Source of the DNA: an uncultured Pseudomonadota bacterium
GTDB taxonomy: Bacteria > Pseudomonadota > Alphaproteobacteria > JACZXZ01
DNA length: 64,000 bases
Direction of reading: 5' to 3'
Assembly (NCBI GenBank): GCA_963749075.1
Contig: CAVVLJ010000017.1
Span: 992,001 to 1,056,000, forward strand
The notes beneath the pieces are model-generated. The model did not search any database and was not told the origin of the DNA. It saw only the letters and a program-made list of their open reading frames with translations. A program made the translations under genes and the position numbers. How positions within the stretch are numbered: position 1 is the first letter of the stretch; each line of letters opens with the position of its first letter. Below are positions 1-9,853 of the stretch, piece after piece.

Positions 1-65
1 TCGAATGCGGCGCCTGGGGTGTGCCGATGGGCGGCCATTTCTACATCGTGCGCATGGGCTGCTAG
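1..65 (+). CDS. 3' end of an unidentified CDS running in from the left edge (..ECGAWGVPMGGHFYIVRMGC*)
   Basis: Frame 3 is open with GC-rich third positions up to TAG at 63-65; product not recognisable. Confidence 0.35.
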   Translation, partial: ECGAWGVPMGGHFYIVRMGC

Positions 66-135
66 CGGCTCGATCGCGCGGGCTGGAACGAGCCGGCCGC
101 ACGCAGGCCCTGAGCCATGTCGCGGTCGGCTGACA

Positions 136-561
136 TCACCTCGCGCGGGTTCCCGCCAACAGCCGCGCGGGCTCTTCGGCGGCCAATCCCGCCGCCCTCA
201 GAAGACGAAGGCCCTGACGGTCGAAGGTGGCAAGAACCTCCCCGCCCATGGCAGCACCTTGCCAGGCAATCGCGCCGTCGGCGAAATCGCCTCCAGCTCT
301 CAGCACGCCGAGGCCGGCTTCGACCGCCAGCCGATCCGTGGCGACGGTCTCGACGCTCAGCAGCGCCTCGACGGCGTCCGCGACCTCGTCGGGCCTGCGT
401 TTGTAGAGACGCGCCATCGTCCATACAAGCTCGCAAAATACGGGGACCGGCACCGCGATCAGACCGGCCTGCTCCAGGAGCGCCCGGGCTTGTGCGGACT
501 GTTCCGGCTCGTCATCCAAGATGGCCCGCAGCAGAAGATTGGTGTCGGCGGTGATCCTCAC
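136..561 (-). CDS. vapC: PIN-domain (VapC-like) toxin
   Basis: N-terminal ADTNLLLR, conserved E (FCE), DFADGAI and ATFD PIN motifs; GTG start overlaps the antitoxin stop (GTGA). Confidence 0.85.
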   Translation of the reverse strand: MRITADTNLLLRAILDDEPEQSAQARALLEQAGLIAVPVPVFCELVWTMARLYKRRPDEVADAVEALLSVETVATDRLAVEAGLGVLRAGGDFADGAIAWQGAAMGGEVLATFDRQGLRLLRAAGLAAEEPARLLAGTRAR

Positions 562-809
562 CGCTCGCCCGCCCAGCCTGCGGCGGCCGCCTTCTTGATC
601 TGGTCGATCGTCTTGGCCCGATCGCCGGGGCGCTTCATGATGCCGAAGATCGTCGATACCCTGCGTCCCGGTTTGGCCCGCGCCTGCATGCGGCCGGCCG
701 GCAGCAAATCCACCTCGAGCCTGTCGCCCGGCCGCACGCCGAGGTGCTCCATGACCTCCTTGCGGAGGGTCACCTGACCTTTGGCAGTCACGGTTAGAGT
801 GATGCCCAC
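558..809 (-). CDS. AbrB/MazE/SpoVT-family antitoxin
   Basis: TVTAKGQVTLRKEVMEHLGVRPGDRL swapped-hairpin signature, directly upstream of the PIN gene. Confidence 0.9.
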   Translation of the reverse strand: MGITLTVTAKGQVTLRKEVMEHLGVRPGDRLEVDLLPAGRMQARAKPGRRVSTIFGIMKRPGDRAKTIDQIKKAAAAGWAGER

Positions 810-848
810 GACAGTCTCCCGCGGCCGAGAAATTCACCGGTCTAATGT

Positions 849-864
849 AAGGCACTATTGCCTT
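849..864. promoter_or_regulatory. Palindromic operator AAGGCA-N4-TGCCTT upstream of abrB-vapC
   Basis: Inverted repeat ~40 nt upstream of the antitoxin start; TA operons are typically autorepressed at such sites. Confidence 0.55.
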
Positions 865-1039
865 GCCTGCAAGCGGCGGCGAAATGACAACGGCCGCTGA
901 AAGACCTCGTGCCTCGCTTTGGGATCGGGTCGCGCCGTGCAAAGGCGCTCCGCCGCGGGCGCTTCTCCCTTGCACGGCAGCACGCGGCGCGCTTTGATGG
1001 CGGCAAGGACAGAGCCAAGAACCGCGCCAGGGAGGCCCC

Positions 1040-2668
1040 ATGCAAGGCACGATGATGCGCTTCCCCTTGACCTTGACAGCACTCCTCGAGCATGCGGGCA
1101 AGATCCACGGCGAGGCGGAGATCGTCTCGCGGCTGCCGGACCGCTCGCTCCACCGCTACCGCTTCGCCGATCTCTATAGGCGCGCGCACCGCCTCGCCGA
1201 GGCGCTCGCCAAGGCGGGGCTCAAGAGCGGCGAGCGGGTGGCGACCCTGATGTGGAACCATTACGTCCACGTCGAGGCCTATTTCGGCGCACCTGCCGCA
1301 GGCGGCGTGTTCCACACCCTCAACCTCCGCCTCCACCCGGACGACATCGCCTATATCGCCAACCACGCGGGCGACCGCTTCCTCATCGTCGACGACGTGC
1401 TGCTGCCGCTCTACGAGCGCTTCCGCGACAAGGTGCGCTTCGAGCGCGTCTTCGTGGTGGCGCTCACGGGAAAGCCGGTGCCGCAAGGCTACGAGGACTA
1501 CGAGGCCTTCCTCGCCACGGCCACCGGCGATTACGAATTTCCCGCGATCGACGAGAACGACGCCTGCGGCATGTGCTACACTTCGGGCACCACCGGCAAG
1601 CCCAAGGGCGTCGCCTACAGCCACCGCTCGATGGTGCTGCACTCCTTCGCCATCTCGCTGCCGGACGTGCTCAATTTCTCGATGCGCGAGACCGTGGCGC
1701 CGGTGGTGCCCATGTTCCACGCCAATGCCTGGGGCTTTCCCTTCGCCGCGGTCCTATGCGGCACCAAGCTGGTGATGCCGGGTCCGCACCTCGATCCCGA
1801 GAGCCTCCTCGAGCTCTTCTCGCGCGAGCAGGTGACCTGCGCCGGCGGCGTGCCGACGATCTGGCTCGGCGTGCTCGATCTCCTGCGCCGCGAGCGCGCC
1901 AGATATCCCCTCGCCCCCGGCATGCGCCTCCTCGTCGGCGGCTCGGCCTGCCCCGAATCGCTGCTGCGCGCCTACGACGAGCTCGGCATCACCATCGTCC
2001 ACGCCTGGGGCATGACCGAGATGTCGCCGGTCGGCACCATGGGCGCCGTCAAGCCGCGCCTCGATCAGTCCGACGCGGACACCCGCTACGCCTACCGCGC
2101 CAAGCAGGGCATCGCACTGCCCTTCATCGAGGTGCGCGTCGTCGGCGACAAGGGCGAGGTGCCGTGGGACGGCGAGAGCGTGGGCGAGCTCCAGGTGCGC
2201 GGCCCCTGGGTCGCCGCCTCCTACTACAAGCCCGAGGAGAAGAGCGCCGCCTGGACCGCCGACGGCTGGTTCCGCACCGGCGACGTGGTCAACATCGACG
2301 CCGAGGGCTACATCAAGGTCACCGACCGCACCAAGGACCTCATCAAGTCGGGCGGCGAGTGGATCAGCTCGGTCGATCTGGAGAACGCGCTCATGGGCCA
2401 CCCGGCCGTGCTGGAAGCGGCGGTGATCGCCGTACCCGACCCCAAGTGGCAGGAGCGCCCGCTCGCCTGCGTCGTGCTCAAGAAGGGGGCGGCCGCCACG
2501 GCCGAGGAGCTCAAGAGCCATCTCGCCGCCCGCTTCGCGCCCTGGTGGCTGCCGGACGCCATCGAGTTCGTCGACGAGATCCCAAAGACGACGACCGGCA
2601 AGTTCCAGAAGACCCGCTTGCGCGAGCGCTTCAAGGACTACCGCATTGCGAGCAGCGCCTCCGCGTGA
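1040..2668 (+). CDS. Acyl-CoA synthetase / fatty-acid-CoA ligase (AlkK/DmdB-like)
   Basis: [14 protein letters not shown]-binding motif, [27 protein letters not shown]-terminal GKFQK. Confidence 0.92.
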   Translation: MQGTMMRFPLTLTALLEHAGKIHGEAEIVSRLPDRSLHRYRFADLYRRAHRLAEALAKAGLKSGERVATLMWNHYVHVEAYFGAPAAGGVFHTLNLRLHPDDIAYIANHAGDRFLIVDDVLLPLYERFRDKVRFERVFVVALTGKPVPQGYEDYEAFLATATGDYEFPAIDENDACGMCYTSGTTGKPKGVAYSHRSMVLHSFAISLPDVLNFSMRETVAPVVPMFHANAWGFPFAAVLCGTKLVMPGPHLDPESLLELFSREQVTCAGGVPTIWLGVLDLLRRERARYPLAPGMRLLVGGSACPESLLRAYDELGITIVHAWGMTEMSPVGTMGAVKPRLDQSDADTRYAYRAKQGIALPFIEVRVVGDKGEVPWDGESVGELQVRGPWVAASYYKPEEKSAAWTADGWFRTGDVVNIDAEGYIKVTDRTKDLIKSGGEWISSVDLENALMGHPAVLEAAVIAVPDPKWQERPLACVVLKKGAAATAEELKSHLAARFAPWWLPDAIEFVDEIPKTTTGKFQKTRLRERFKDYRIASSASA

Positions 2669-2739
2669 CGCCTCCCGTCGGTTGACGAAGCGCGCCGATT
2701 CACATATTCTGCCTGTGGCCATAGCCGAGGGGGGAGATC

Positions 2740-3177
2740 ATGAAGCCAGCCGTCATAGCGACGCTCGCGCTCTGCGCCACGGCCGGAAGCGCCGTGGCGG
2801 CCTCACTGGTGGCGAGCGAGCAGTTTCCGGCGGTGACGCTGGTGTCCACGCAGGACTCGCGCGTGACGCTCACCAACGTGCGCTCCAGCGGCCCGACTAC
2901 GGCGTGCGACCTCCAGGTGCGCTTCTTGCTCGTCAACGGCGCGCTGAGCGGTACGGCGTCAAGCGTCAGCCTGGCACCCAAGGCCTCCGCCACCGTCTCG
3001 CACACAGGCGTCACGGGATTGCTCCGCGCCGCCGTCAACACGGTCGACCCCTCCGATAAGGGCAGGCTCTGCGCCGTGCGCTCGGCGCTCGAGGTGTACG
3101 AAAAGTCGAGCGGCGCCACGCTCTACATTGTGCAAGGCCAGTCGTGCCTCGGCGCCGCCGACTGCGGAGCACCGTGA
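2740..3177 (+). CDS. Hypothetical secreted protein with several Cys
   Basis: Purine-rich RBS, signal-peptide-like N-terminus, beta-rich-looking mature region. Confidence 0.65.
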   Translation: MKPAVIATLALCATAGSAVAASLVASEQFPAVTLVSTQDSRVTLTNVRSSGPTTACDLQVRFLLVNGALSGTASSVSLAPKASATVSHTGVTGLLRAAVNTVDPSDKGRLCAVRSALEVYEKSSGATLYIVQGQSCLGAADCGAP

Positions 3178-3193
3178 AGCGGGAAGTGCACCG

Positions 3194-3982
3194 CTACTCG
3201 CGGTAGCTCGGGTCCTCGGCATCGAGCATGCGCAGCAGCGCCGGCCAGGCAAGCGCCCCCGGCCCCTGCTCGCTCGGCGCGCGCTCCACTTGGCGCGTCA
3301 CGGTCTCCTGCACCTCGGGCGACGGGATGACCAGCTCGCGGCCGCCCGCCAGCGCCGCCACCTGCATCTCGCAGGCGCGCTCCAGGGCGAACATCCGCAC
3401 GAAGGCTTCGGCGACCGTGGGCCCGCACGCGAGCGTGCCGTGATTGCGCAGGATCATCAGGCATTTGCCGCCGAGATCGCGCACCAGGCGCTCGCGCTCG
3501 CCGAGATCGAGTGCGATCCCCTCGTAATCGTGGTAGGCGAGGAAGGCGCGCGCGATCATCGCCGTCTGGGTCAAGGGCAGGAGCCCCTCCTTCTGCGCCG
3601 AAACGGCGCTGCCGCAGCGCGAGTGCAGATGGATGACGCAGCCCACGTCCGGCCGCGCCATCTGCACGGCACTGTGGATGGTGAAGCCTGCCAAGTTGAT
3701 GCCGTAGTCCGTGGGCAGCACGACGTTGCCCGCGAAATCGACCTTCGCCAGCGAGGAGGCGGTGATCTCCCCGAACATCATGCCGTAGGGGTTGAGGAGG
3801 AAGGCGCCCTCGGGCCCCGGCACGCGCGCGGAGATGTGCGTGAAGACGAGGTCGTCCCAGCGGTAATGGGCGACGAGGCGGTAGCAGGCGGCGAGGTCGA
3901 CGCGGACGCGCCATTCCTCGGCCGAGACCTGCTCGCGCAACGATACGGGTGCTGCCTGCAAGTTTGCGGCGCGCGCGCTCAT
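3194..3982 (-). CDS. Class II aldolase/adducin family protein
   Basis: THISAR, GFTIHSAV, CVIHLHS, ILRNHG metal-binding motifs; start placed at MSARAAN. Confidence 0.9.
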   Translation of the reverse strand: MSARAANLQAAPVSLREQVSAEEWRVRVDLAACYRLVAHYRWDDLVFTHISARVPGPEGAFLLNPYGMMFGEITASSLAKVDFAGNVVLPTDYGINLAGFTIHSAVQMARPDVGCVIHLHSRCGSAVSAQKEGLLPLTQTAMIARAFLAYHDYEGIALDLGERERLVRDLGGKCLMILRNHGTLACGPTVAEAFVRMFALERACEMQVAALAGGRELVIPSPEVQETVTRQVERAPSEQGPGALAWPALLRMLDAEDPSYRE

Positions 3983-4097
3983 GATGGCACTCCTCCTTTG
4001 CGTCCACTGCCGCAGCAGGGGTTGCGGCGCCCGCTTCCATACCACGAAAGCCGCCCTCGCGGCACTCCTGTAGCGCTCCCGGGCGTCGGCAGCCGCA

Positions 4098-4619
4098 TCA
4101 CTTGGCGGCTTCCGGCGGCACCACCTTCATCACGGCGACCGTCGCTTTCTCCGTCGGGCCGAAGGGCCCGGGCACCGCATTCTTGACCGGCGGCAGGCTC
4201 TGAAGGTAGGCGGCGATTGCCAGCGCGTCGGCGTCGGTCAGATTGGCGAACGACTTCCACGGCATGATGGGTGCGAGGACCCGGCCGTCGGGCCGCACGC
4301 CGGTGCGGAGCGCCGTCACGATCTCGCCCATGCTCCAGTTGCCGAGTCCGGTCTCCTTGTCCGGCGTCAGGTTCGGCCCGACGAAGACGCCGAGGCCGGG
4401 AATCTCGAAGCCCACGTCGGAGCCGCCGAGATAGGCGGCCATGTCGGGCTTGCCGAAGAAATAGCCGCGGGTATGGCAATCGAAGCAGCCGCCGAGCGAG
4501 ACGAGATATTTCCCGCGCGCGAGCTGCCCCTCCGCGGCATGAGCGGCGTGCGAGAGCGCGCCGAGGAGGAGCGTTCCCACCGTCATCGCCGTCGCAAAGC
4601 GAAGCCGAGCGCTCTTCAT
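4098..4619 (-). CDS. Periplasmic mono-heme c-type cytochrome
   Basis: Signal peptide, RGKYL..GCFDCHT heme motif, PNLTPD..TGLGNWS, IMPW. Confidence 0.88.
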   Translation of the reverse strand: MKSARLRFATAMTVGTLLLGALSHAAHAAEGQLARGKYLVSLGGCFDCHTRGYFFGKPDMAAYLGGSDVGFEIPGLGVFVGPNLTPDKETGLGNWSMGEIVTALRTGVRPDGRVLAPIMPWKSFANLTDADALAIAAYLQSLPPVKNAVPGPFGPTEKATVAVMKVVPPEAAK

Positions 4620-4687
4620 GGTGCCCTCCCCCGAGGCCGCGTCCATCCGGCCGCCAAGCACAGGCTCGCCGCAGAACAGCACTCGCG

Positions 4688-5452
4688 TCAAGCGCCTTCG
4701 AAGGGAAAGCGGCGCAGCTCGCGGAAGGGCTGGCCCGGCCCGGGCTCGATGAAGAGGGAGACCGCATCGACGGGGACGGCCCGCCCGACGAGCCGCGCGA
4801 GATGGGGGGCGAGCGCCGCTGCGATGCGGCCGCGCTCCTCGTCCGGGAGGCGAGCCGTGAGCGTCATGTGGAAGCGGAACTCCTCCATGACGTAAGCGTA
4901 GCCCCAGCGCTCGAGGAGTGCCGCCTGGCGGCGGGAGAGCGGCCGCGGGCGGCCCGGCAGCGCGGCACCTCGGCCGGGCTTCGCACGGAAGCCGTCGAAG
5001 GCGCGGACGCAGTCCTCGGCGAGGCCGGCGAGGAGCGGCGGCGTTGCGCGCGGCACGAGCGCCAGGAAGCCGCCCAGGCTGCCGAGCTCGAGTGCTGGTA
5101 TCTCGAACGGCAGGCGCGCCGCCGAAAACGCCATGGCATGGGCCACGAGGTCGCCCAAGGAGGCATCCGGCGCCAGGCGGAAGGGCGCCTTGAGCGTCGC
5201 GTGCCAGCCGTAGCGCCGCGGCTCGGCGGTGAGCGCGGCAAGGCGGTCCGGCGGAATGCCGTCAAGGGAGGGCTGCGCCACCGCCTCTCCCGTGCGCGCG
5301 TCGCGCCCGAGCCAGCTGCAGCCGAAGCGGGCGAGGAGCGAGGAGCGGCGCGGCGCGAAATAGACGGCGAAACGCGCCGCGGCGAGCGTCCCGCTTGCGC
5401 CGCCGCTCTCGCGGCCCGCCGCTTCCGTGCGATCGGCAGTGCCTTTGGACAT
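4688..5452 (-). CDS. DUF1045 family protein (2H phosphoesterase-like)
   Basis: RFAVYFAP, RYGWHATLKAPF, WGYAYVMEEFRFHMTLT (two HxT motifs); start uncertain. Confidence 0.8.
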   Translation of the reverse strand: MSKGTADRTEAAGRESGGASGTLAAARFAVYFAPRRSSLLARFGCSWLGRDARTGEAVAQPSLDGIPPDRLAALTAEPRRYGWHATLKAPFRLAPDASLGDLVAHAMAFSAARLPFEIPALELGSLGGFLALVPRATPPLLAGLAEDCVRAFDGFRAKPGRGAALPGRPRPLSRRQAALLERWGYAYVMEEFRFHMTLTARLPDEERGRIAAALAPHLARLVGRAVPVDAVSLFIEPGPGQPFRELRRFPFEGA

Positions 5453-5594
5453 GGCGGCCTTTGCTCCCGGGACTCCGCTTGAGCGCCGAGCTTCTCCGAG
5501 CAGGTACGGCGAGCGCAACCCGATTCCGCCGCCGGCGAGCGGCCGACGAGGCCGATTGCGGCCTCGATTGGCGTTTTACCCGGCGCGCGAGGCC

Positions 5595-5609
5595 ATTTTA
5601 TTGTAAAAT
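5595..5609. promoter_or_regulatory. AT-rich palindrome ATTTTA-TTG-TAAAAT in a divergent promoter region
   Basis: Perfect 6-bp inverted repeat in an otherwise GC-rich intergenic region. Confidence 0.45.
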
Positions 5610-5669
5610 AAAGCGCGTCCACGCACGGGGCGAAGGCCCGCCAGTAACAAGCAAGGAAAACGCGCCGCC

Positions 5670-6791
5670 ATGATCCCCCGCCCGCCGGCCGAGATCGGCA
5701 TGCAGCTCGCCGAGGTGGAGACGCCCGCCCTCCTCGTCGATCTCGAGGCCCTCGAGCGCAACCTCCGCCGCTTGGCCGCGCGGGCGGCTGAGCTCGGCGT
5801 GAGGCTCAGGCCCCACGCGAAGACCCACAAGACCGCGGCGATCGCACGGCGGCAGGTGGCGCTCGGCGCCGTCGGCGTCTGCTGCCAGACCGTGCGAGAG
5901 GCCGAGGCCATGGTCGCGGGCGGCATTGCCGACGTGCTGGTGTCGAACGAGGTGGTGGGCCGCGGCAAGCTCGCGCGGCTTGCCGCCCTTGCCCGCGAGG
6001 CGCGGATCGCCGTCGCGGTCGACGACGCGGAGAACGTGGCGGCCTTGGCCGATGCCGCGCAAAGCTACGGCGCAATCATCGACGTGCTCGTCGAGGTCAA
6101 CGTCGGCGGCAACCGCTGCGGCGTCGAGCCGGGCGAGGCGGCGGCAGCACTTGCCGAGCGCGTGGCGCGGGCGCCGGCCTTGCGCTTTCGCGGCCTCCAG
6201 GCCTATCACGGCTCGGCCCAGCACCTGCGCAGCCATGGCGAGAGGCGGGCGGCGATCGCCTCCGCAGCGGAGAAGACGCGGGCCACGGTCGAGCTCCTCC
6301 GGGGCCGCGGCCTCGCTTGCGCGGACGTGGCGGGCGCCGGCACGGGGACTTACGACTTCGAGGCGGCGAGCGGCGTCTATACCGAGCTCCAGGCCGGCTC
6401 CTATGCCTTCATGGACGCCGACTATGCGCGCAACCTGGATGCCGAGGGCAAGCCCGTCGCCGAGTTCGAACACGCCCTCTTCGTCTATGCCACGGTGGTG
6501 AGCCGGCCTGCCGAGGAGCGCGCCGTGCTCGACGCCGGGCTCAAGGCGCTCGCCGTCGATTCCGGCATGCCGCGGCTCGCCGACAGGGACGACGCGGACT
6601 ATGTGCGCGCCTCGGACGAGCATGGCGTGCTGAAGCTGGCGCCGGGCAACCGTCCGCTCCTCGTCGGCGATAAGCTGCGCCTCATCCCCGGGCATTGCGA
6701 CCCGACGGTCAACCTTTACGACTGCTACGTGGGCTATCGCGGCCGGCGCGTGGAGGCGCTGTGGCCGATCGCCCGCGGGCCCGGCACGTGA
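5670..6791 (+). CDS. DSD1-family fold-III PLP enzyme (D-threonine / 3-hydroxy-D-aspartate aldolase-like)
   Basis: ETPALLVD, LRPHAKTHK PLP lysine, QAGSYAFMD, SDEHG, IPGHCDPTVNL. Confidence 0.88.
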   Translation: MIPRPPAEIGMQLAEVETPALLVDLEALERNLRRLAARAAELGVRLRPHAKTHKTAAIARRQVALGAVGVCCQTVREAEAMVAGGIADVLVSNEVVGRGKLARLAALAREARIAVAVDDAENVAALADAAQSYGAIIDVLVEVNVGGNRCGVEPGEAAAALAERVARAPALRFRGLQAYHGSAQHLRSHGERRAAIASAAEKTRATVELLRGRGLACADVAGAGTGTYDFEAASGVYTELQAGSYAFMDADYARNLDAEGKPVAEFEHALFVYATVVSRPAEERAVLDAGLKALAVDSGMPRLADRDDADYVRASDEHGVLKLAPGNRPLLVGDKLRLIPGHCDPTVNLYDCYVGYRGRRVEALWPIARGPGT

Positions 6792-6915
6792 GCGCCGCCC
6801 GCCGCCCGCCCGCGGCGCTGCCGAGCGTTGCCGCCGCGTTGCGCTACCGTTATCCTCGCGTTCCGGCGGCTGCCTCGCCGAGCCATGCGGCGCCCGGCAT
6901 GCGGGAGCAGGAGAG

Positions 6916-8361
6916 ATGAGGACAGACGCAAACAAGAGGCGGTTGCTGATAGCGCTGCTCGCGGCCTTCCTCGGGATCGCCTTCCTGGCGACGGCGCTCT
7001 TGAGCTTCGTGGTCTCCCGCCACGAGATGCGCGCCTCGATCGTCTCCGACGAGCTGCCGCTCACCTCCGACACGATCTACTCGGAGATCCAGCGCGACCT
7101 CATCCGCCCGATCTTCATCTCGTCCATGATGGCGAACGACACCTTCCTGCGCGACTGGGTGCTGGGAGGCGAGAAGGACGTCGGCCAGATGTCCAAGTAC
7201 CTCGCCGAGATCAAGGCGAGGTACAACGTCATCAGCTCCTTCTTCATCTCCGAGGCCACGCGCAAATACTATTACGCGGACGGCATCCTCAAGACGGTGT
7301 CGGAGAGCGAGCCGCGCGACGTGTGGTACTTCCGCGTCCGCAAGATGTCGGCACCCTACGAGCTCAACGTCGACATCGACATGGCCAACCGCGACGCGCT
7401 CACCATCTTCATCAATTACCGCGTCCTCGATTACCAGGGCCGCTTCATCGGCACCGCCGGCGTGGGGCTCACGGTCAACGCGGTGCGCCAGCTCATCGAT
7501 CGCTACGAGCACAGTTTCGGCCGCAACATCTATTTCGTCGACGCCAAGGGGAACGTGACGGTCTCCGGCGAAGGCGGCAGCGCGCCCGCCAACATCCACG
7601 CCGTCGAGGGTCTGGGAGCGCTCGCCGGCGCGGCACTCAACGAGAAGGGCGGCTCGTTCGAATACAGCCGCGACGGCCGCACCCATCTCCTGAACGTGCG
7701 CTACATCCCGGAGCTCAAGTGGTACGTCTTCGTCGAGAAGGTCGAGGACGAGGCGATCGCCGGCATCCGCCGCACGCTCTACGCCAATCTGTTGATCGCC
7801 CTCGTGGTCACCGGCATCGTGGTGACGGTGGTGTCGCTCACCGTCAACCGCTTCCAGCGCCGCCTCGAGCTCATGGCGACCACCGACAAGCTCACGGGCC
7901 TGGCGAACCGCCAGGCCTGCGAGATCCTCATGCACCAGGCGATCAAGGAGGCGCGGCGCTCGCGCGAGCCGCTCTCGCTCATCATGCTCGACATCGATCA
8001 CTTCAAGGACATCAACGACCGCTTCGGGCACCTGGAGGGAGACCGCGTGATCAAGGCCGTGGCCAACAAATCGCTCGCGGGCCTGCGCGACTCCGACACC
8101 GCCTGCCGCTGGGGCGGCGAGGAGCTTCTCCTCGTCCTGCGCAAATGCAACGAGGACAATGCGCTCACGCTCGCAGAGCGCATCCGCGCCAACATCGAGG
8201 GCGGCTTCCTGGATGCGGGCGGAGAGCGCGTGCGGGTGACCGTGAGCCTGGGCATCGCCGAGCTCGAGGACGCCGACAGCGGGGACAGCCTGCTCTCCCG
8301 CACCGACCGCGCCCTCTACGCGGCGAAACGCGCCGGCCGCAACCGCGCGGTCGCCGCCTGA
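6916..8361 (+). CDS. Membrane sensor (Cache-like) diguanylate cyclase
   Basis: Two TM segments flank a periplasmic domain; DKLTGLANR, DIDHFK, RDSD I-site, RWGGEEL, AKRAGRNR. Confidence 0.9.
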   Translation: MRTDANKRRLLIALLAAFLGIAFLATALLSFVVSRHEMRASIVSDELPLTSDTIYSEIQRDLIRPIFISSMMANDTFLRDWVLGGEKDVGQMSKYLAEIKARYNVISSFFISEATRKYYYADGILKTVSESEPRDVWYFRVRKMSAPYELNVDIDMANRDALTIFINYRVLDYQGRFIGTAGVGLTVNAVRQLIDRYEHSFGRNIYFVDAKGNVTVSGEGGSAPANIHAVEGLGALAGAALNEKGGSFEYSRDGRTHLLNVRYIPELKWYVFVEKVEDEAIAGIRRTLYANLLIALVVTGIVVTVVSLTVNRFQRRLELMATTDKLTGLANRQACEILMHQAIKEARRSREPLSLIMLDIDHFKDINDRFGHLEGDRVIKAVANKSLAGLRDSDTACRWGGEELLLVLRKCNEDNALTLAERIRANIEGGFLDAGGERVRVTVSLGIAELEDADSGDSLLSRTDRALYAAKRAGRNRAVAA

Positions 8362-8363
8362 GG

Positions 8364-9278
8364 CTAGGGGGGCCCCGCCTCGCGGGCGACGAAGAGGTGC
8401 TGCAGCTCCTCGCGCGCGGCGAGGCCCGCCGCGAGATCCCAGCAATTCACGATGGCGAGCCGGAAGCCGCCCGGCGGCATGGCGTGATGCTCGGGGTCCT
8501 TCTCCTCCTCGAAGGTGATCTGGATCGACGAGATGGCGGGCCGCAGCAGGAGGCGCTCGGCGGCGCTGCGCTCGATTGCCCAGCGCACCTCGTGCGCGCC
8601 GAACAAGACGACGCTGTAGCCCTCGCGGCGCACGTCGGCGAAGCGCCAGGCCTTGCGCTCATAGAGCTCGACCACGGCCGCGAGCCAGCCGGGCCCGTTC
8701 AAGTCGAGCCACTGCTCCGCCATGCGCAGGTGGCACTCGATGATGCGGCCGCCGATGGTCTCGAAATTGACGACGCCGGTGAAGCCGCCGAGATGGCGGG
8801 CCGTCCAGCCGCCGAGATAGCCCTCGAGCGCGCCGTCGGGCTCCGCGTGCACGGTCCAATAGTCGAAGGTGCCCTCGGGGCCGGGCTTGCCGGTGGTGTG
8901 CCGCCACCAGCGCGGCACGCCCTCGAGGATCGCCGCGTCCGTCGAGACGTGCGGCCCGGTCATGTAGGGCATCCACAGGTGGCCCGGCTCGAGGCCTGCC
9001 AAGTACTCCTCCTCCGAGCGCACCACGCGGCCGCCCGTGCCCATGCCGCGCATGTTGTAGATGGGCTTGGAGAAGACGGGATAGCTCCCGGGCAGCGTGC
9101 CGTGCGGACCGTGCGGCAGGCCCTGGGTCTCCGAGATGAGAAGCTTGTTGTAGACCCAGCGCTGCGCCGGATAGAGCTCCCAGGCGGTCGCGTCGTCGAT
9201 CGGGATGATGACGCCGTCCGCGACCGGCTGCGCCGCGAAATATTGCCAGCGCCAGGGATCGACACCGAGGAATGGCAT
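8364..9278 (-). CDS. Hypothetical protein, probable ATP-grasp fold
   Basis: YPVFSKP..RGMGTGGRVVRSEEE and GVVNFE..IIECHLR resemble ATP-grasp motifs. Confidence 0.65.
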   Translation of the reverse strand: MPFLGVDPWRWQYFAAQPVADGVIIPIDDATAWELYPAQRWVYNKLLISETQGLPHGPHGTLPGSYPVFSKPIYNMRGMGTGGRVVRSEEEYLAGLEPGHLWMPYMTGPHVSTDAAILEGVPRWWRHTTGKPGPEGTFDYWTVHAEPDGALEGYLGGWTARHLGGFTGVVNFETIGGRIIECHLRMAEQWLDLNGPGWLAAVVELYERKAWRFADVRREGYSVVLFGAHEVRWAIERSAAERLLLRPAISSIQITFEEEKDPEHHAMPPGGFRLAIVNCWDLAAGLAAREELQHLFVAREAGPP

Positions 9279-9391
9279 GGCGCCATCCTGCCAAATCGCG
9301 GCGCGCGCGGAAAGGGGCCGCGGACTATGGCGCGCGGGCGGGGACGGCGGTATATGCTGAGCCGGCTTGGCAGCCGATGGGGAGGAGCGCC

Positions 9392-9841
9392 ATGGCGGAA
9401 TGGGTCGAGACCTTCAAGGGCGCCGTTCTCACGGCCGAGTACGATTCCGAGTCGCACATGAATTCGCAGATTTACGTCGGGCGCTTCGACCAGGCGACCT
9501 GGTTTCTCCTGAGCACGATCGGCATCACGCCGCGCGCGATGAAGAAGGCCGGCCGGCGCATCGCGGTGGTGCGCCAGGCCTATCAGTTCGTGCACGAGCT
9601 CAAGGGCGGCGAGCTCGTCCTCGTCGAGAGCGGCTTCGTCGCCGTGGGGCGCAAGTTCTTCCGCTTCCTCCACCGCATGCGCGACGCCGAGACGGGCGAG
9701 CTCGTGGCCACGAGCGATGCGACGGCCGTCGAGGCGAGTCTCGCCTCGGGGAAATCGGTTCCGCTCCCGGCCGCCCAGCGCAAGCTTGCCGAGGAGCGCC
9801 TCGTCACCGCCAACGTGGCGAAGGAGCAGGGGCTGGCGTGA
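9392..9841 (+). CDS. Hotdog-fold acyl-CoA thioesterase family protein
   Basis: EYDSESHMNSQIY..FDQA motif; GGAGGA RBS before ATG 9392. Confidence 0.8.
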   Translation: MAEWVETFKGAVLTAEYDSESHMNSQIYVGRFDQATWFLLSTIGITPRAMKKAGRRIAVVRQAYQFVHELKGGELVLVESGFVAVGRKFFRFLHRMRDAETGELVATSDATAVEASLASGKSVPLPAAQRKLAEERLVTANVAKEQGLA

Positions 9842-9853
9842 GGGACGGGAGCA

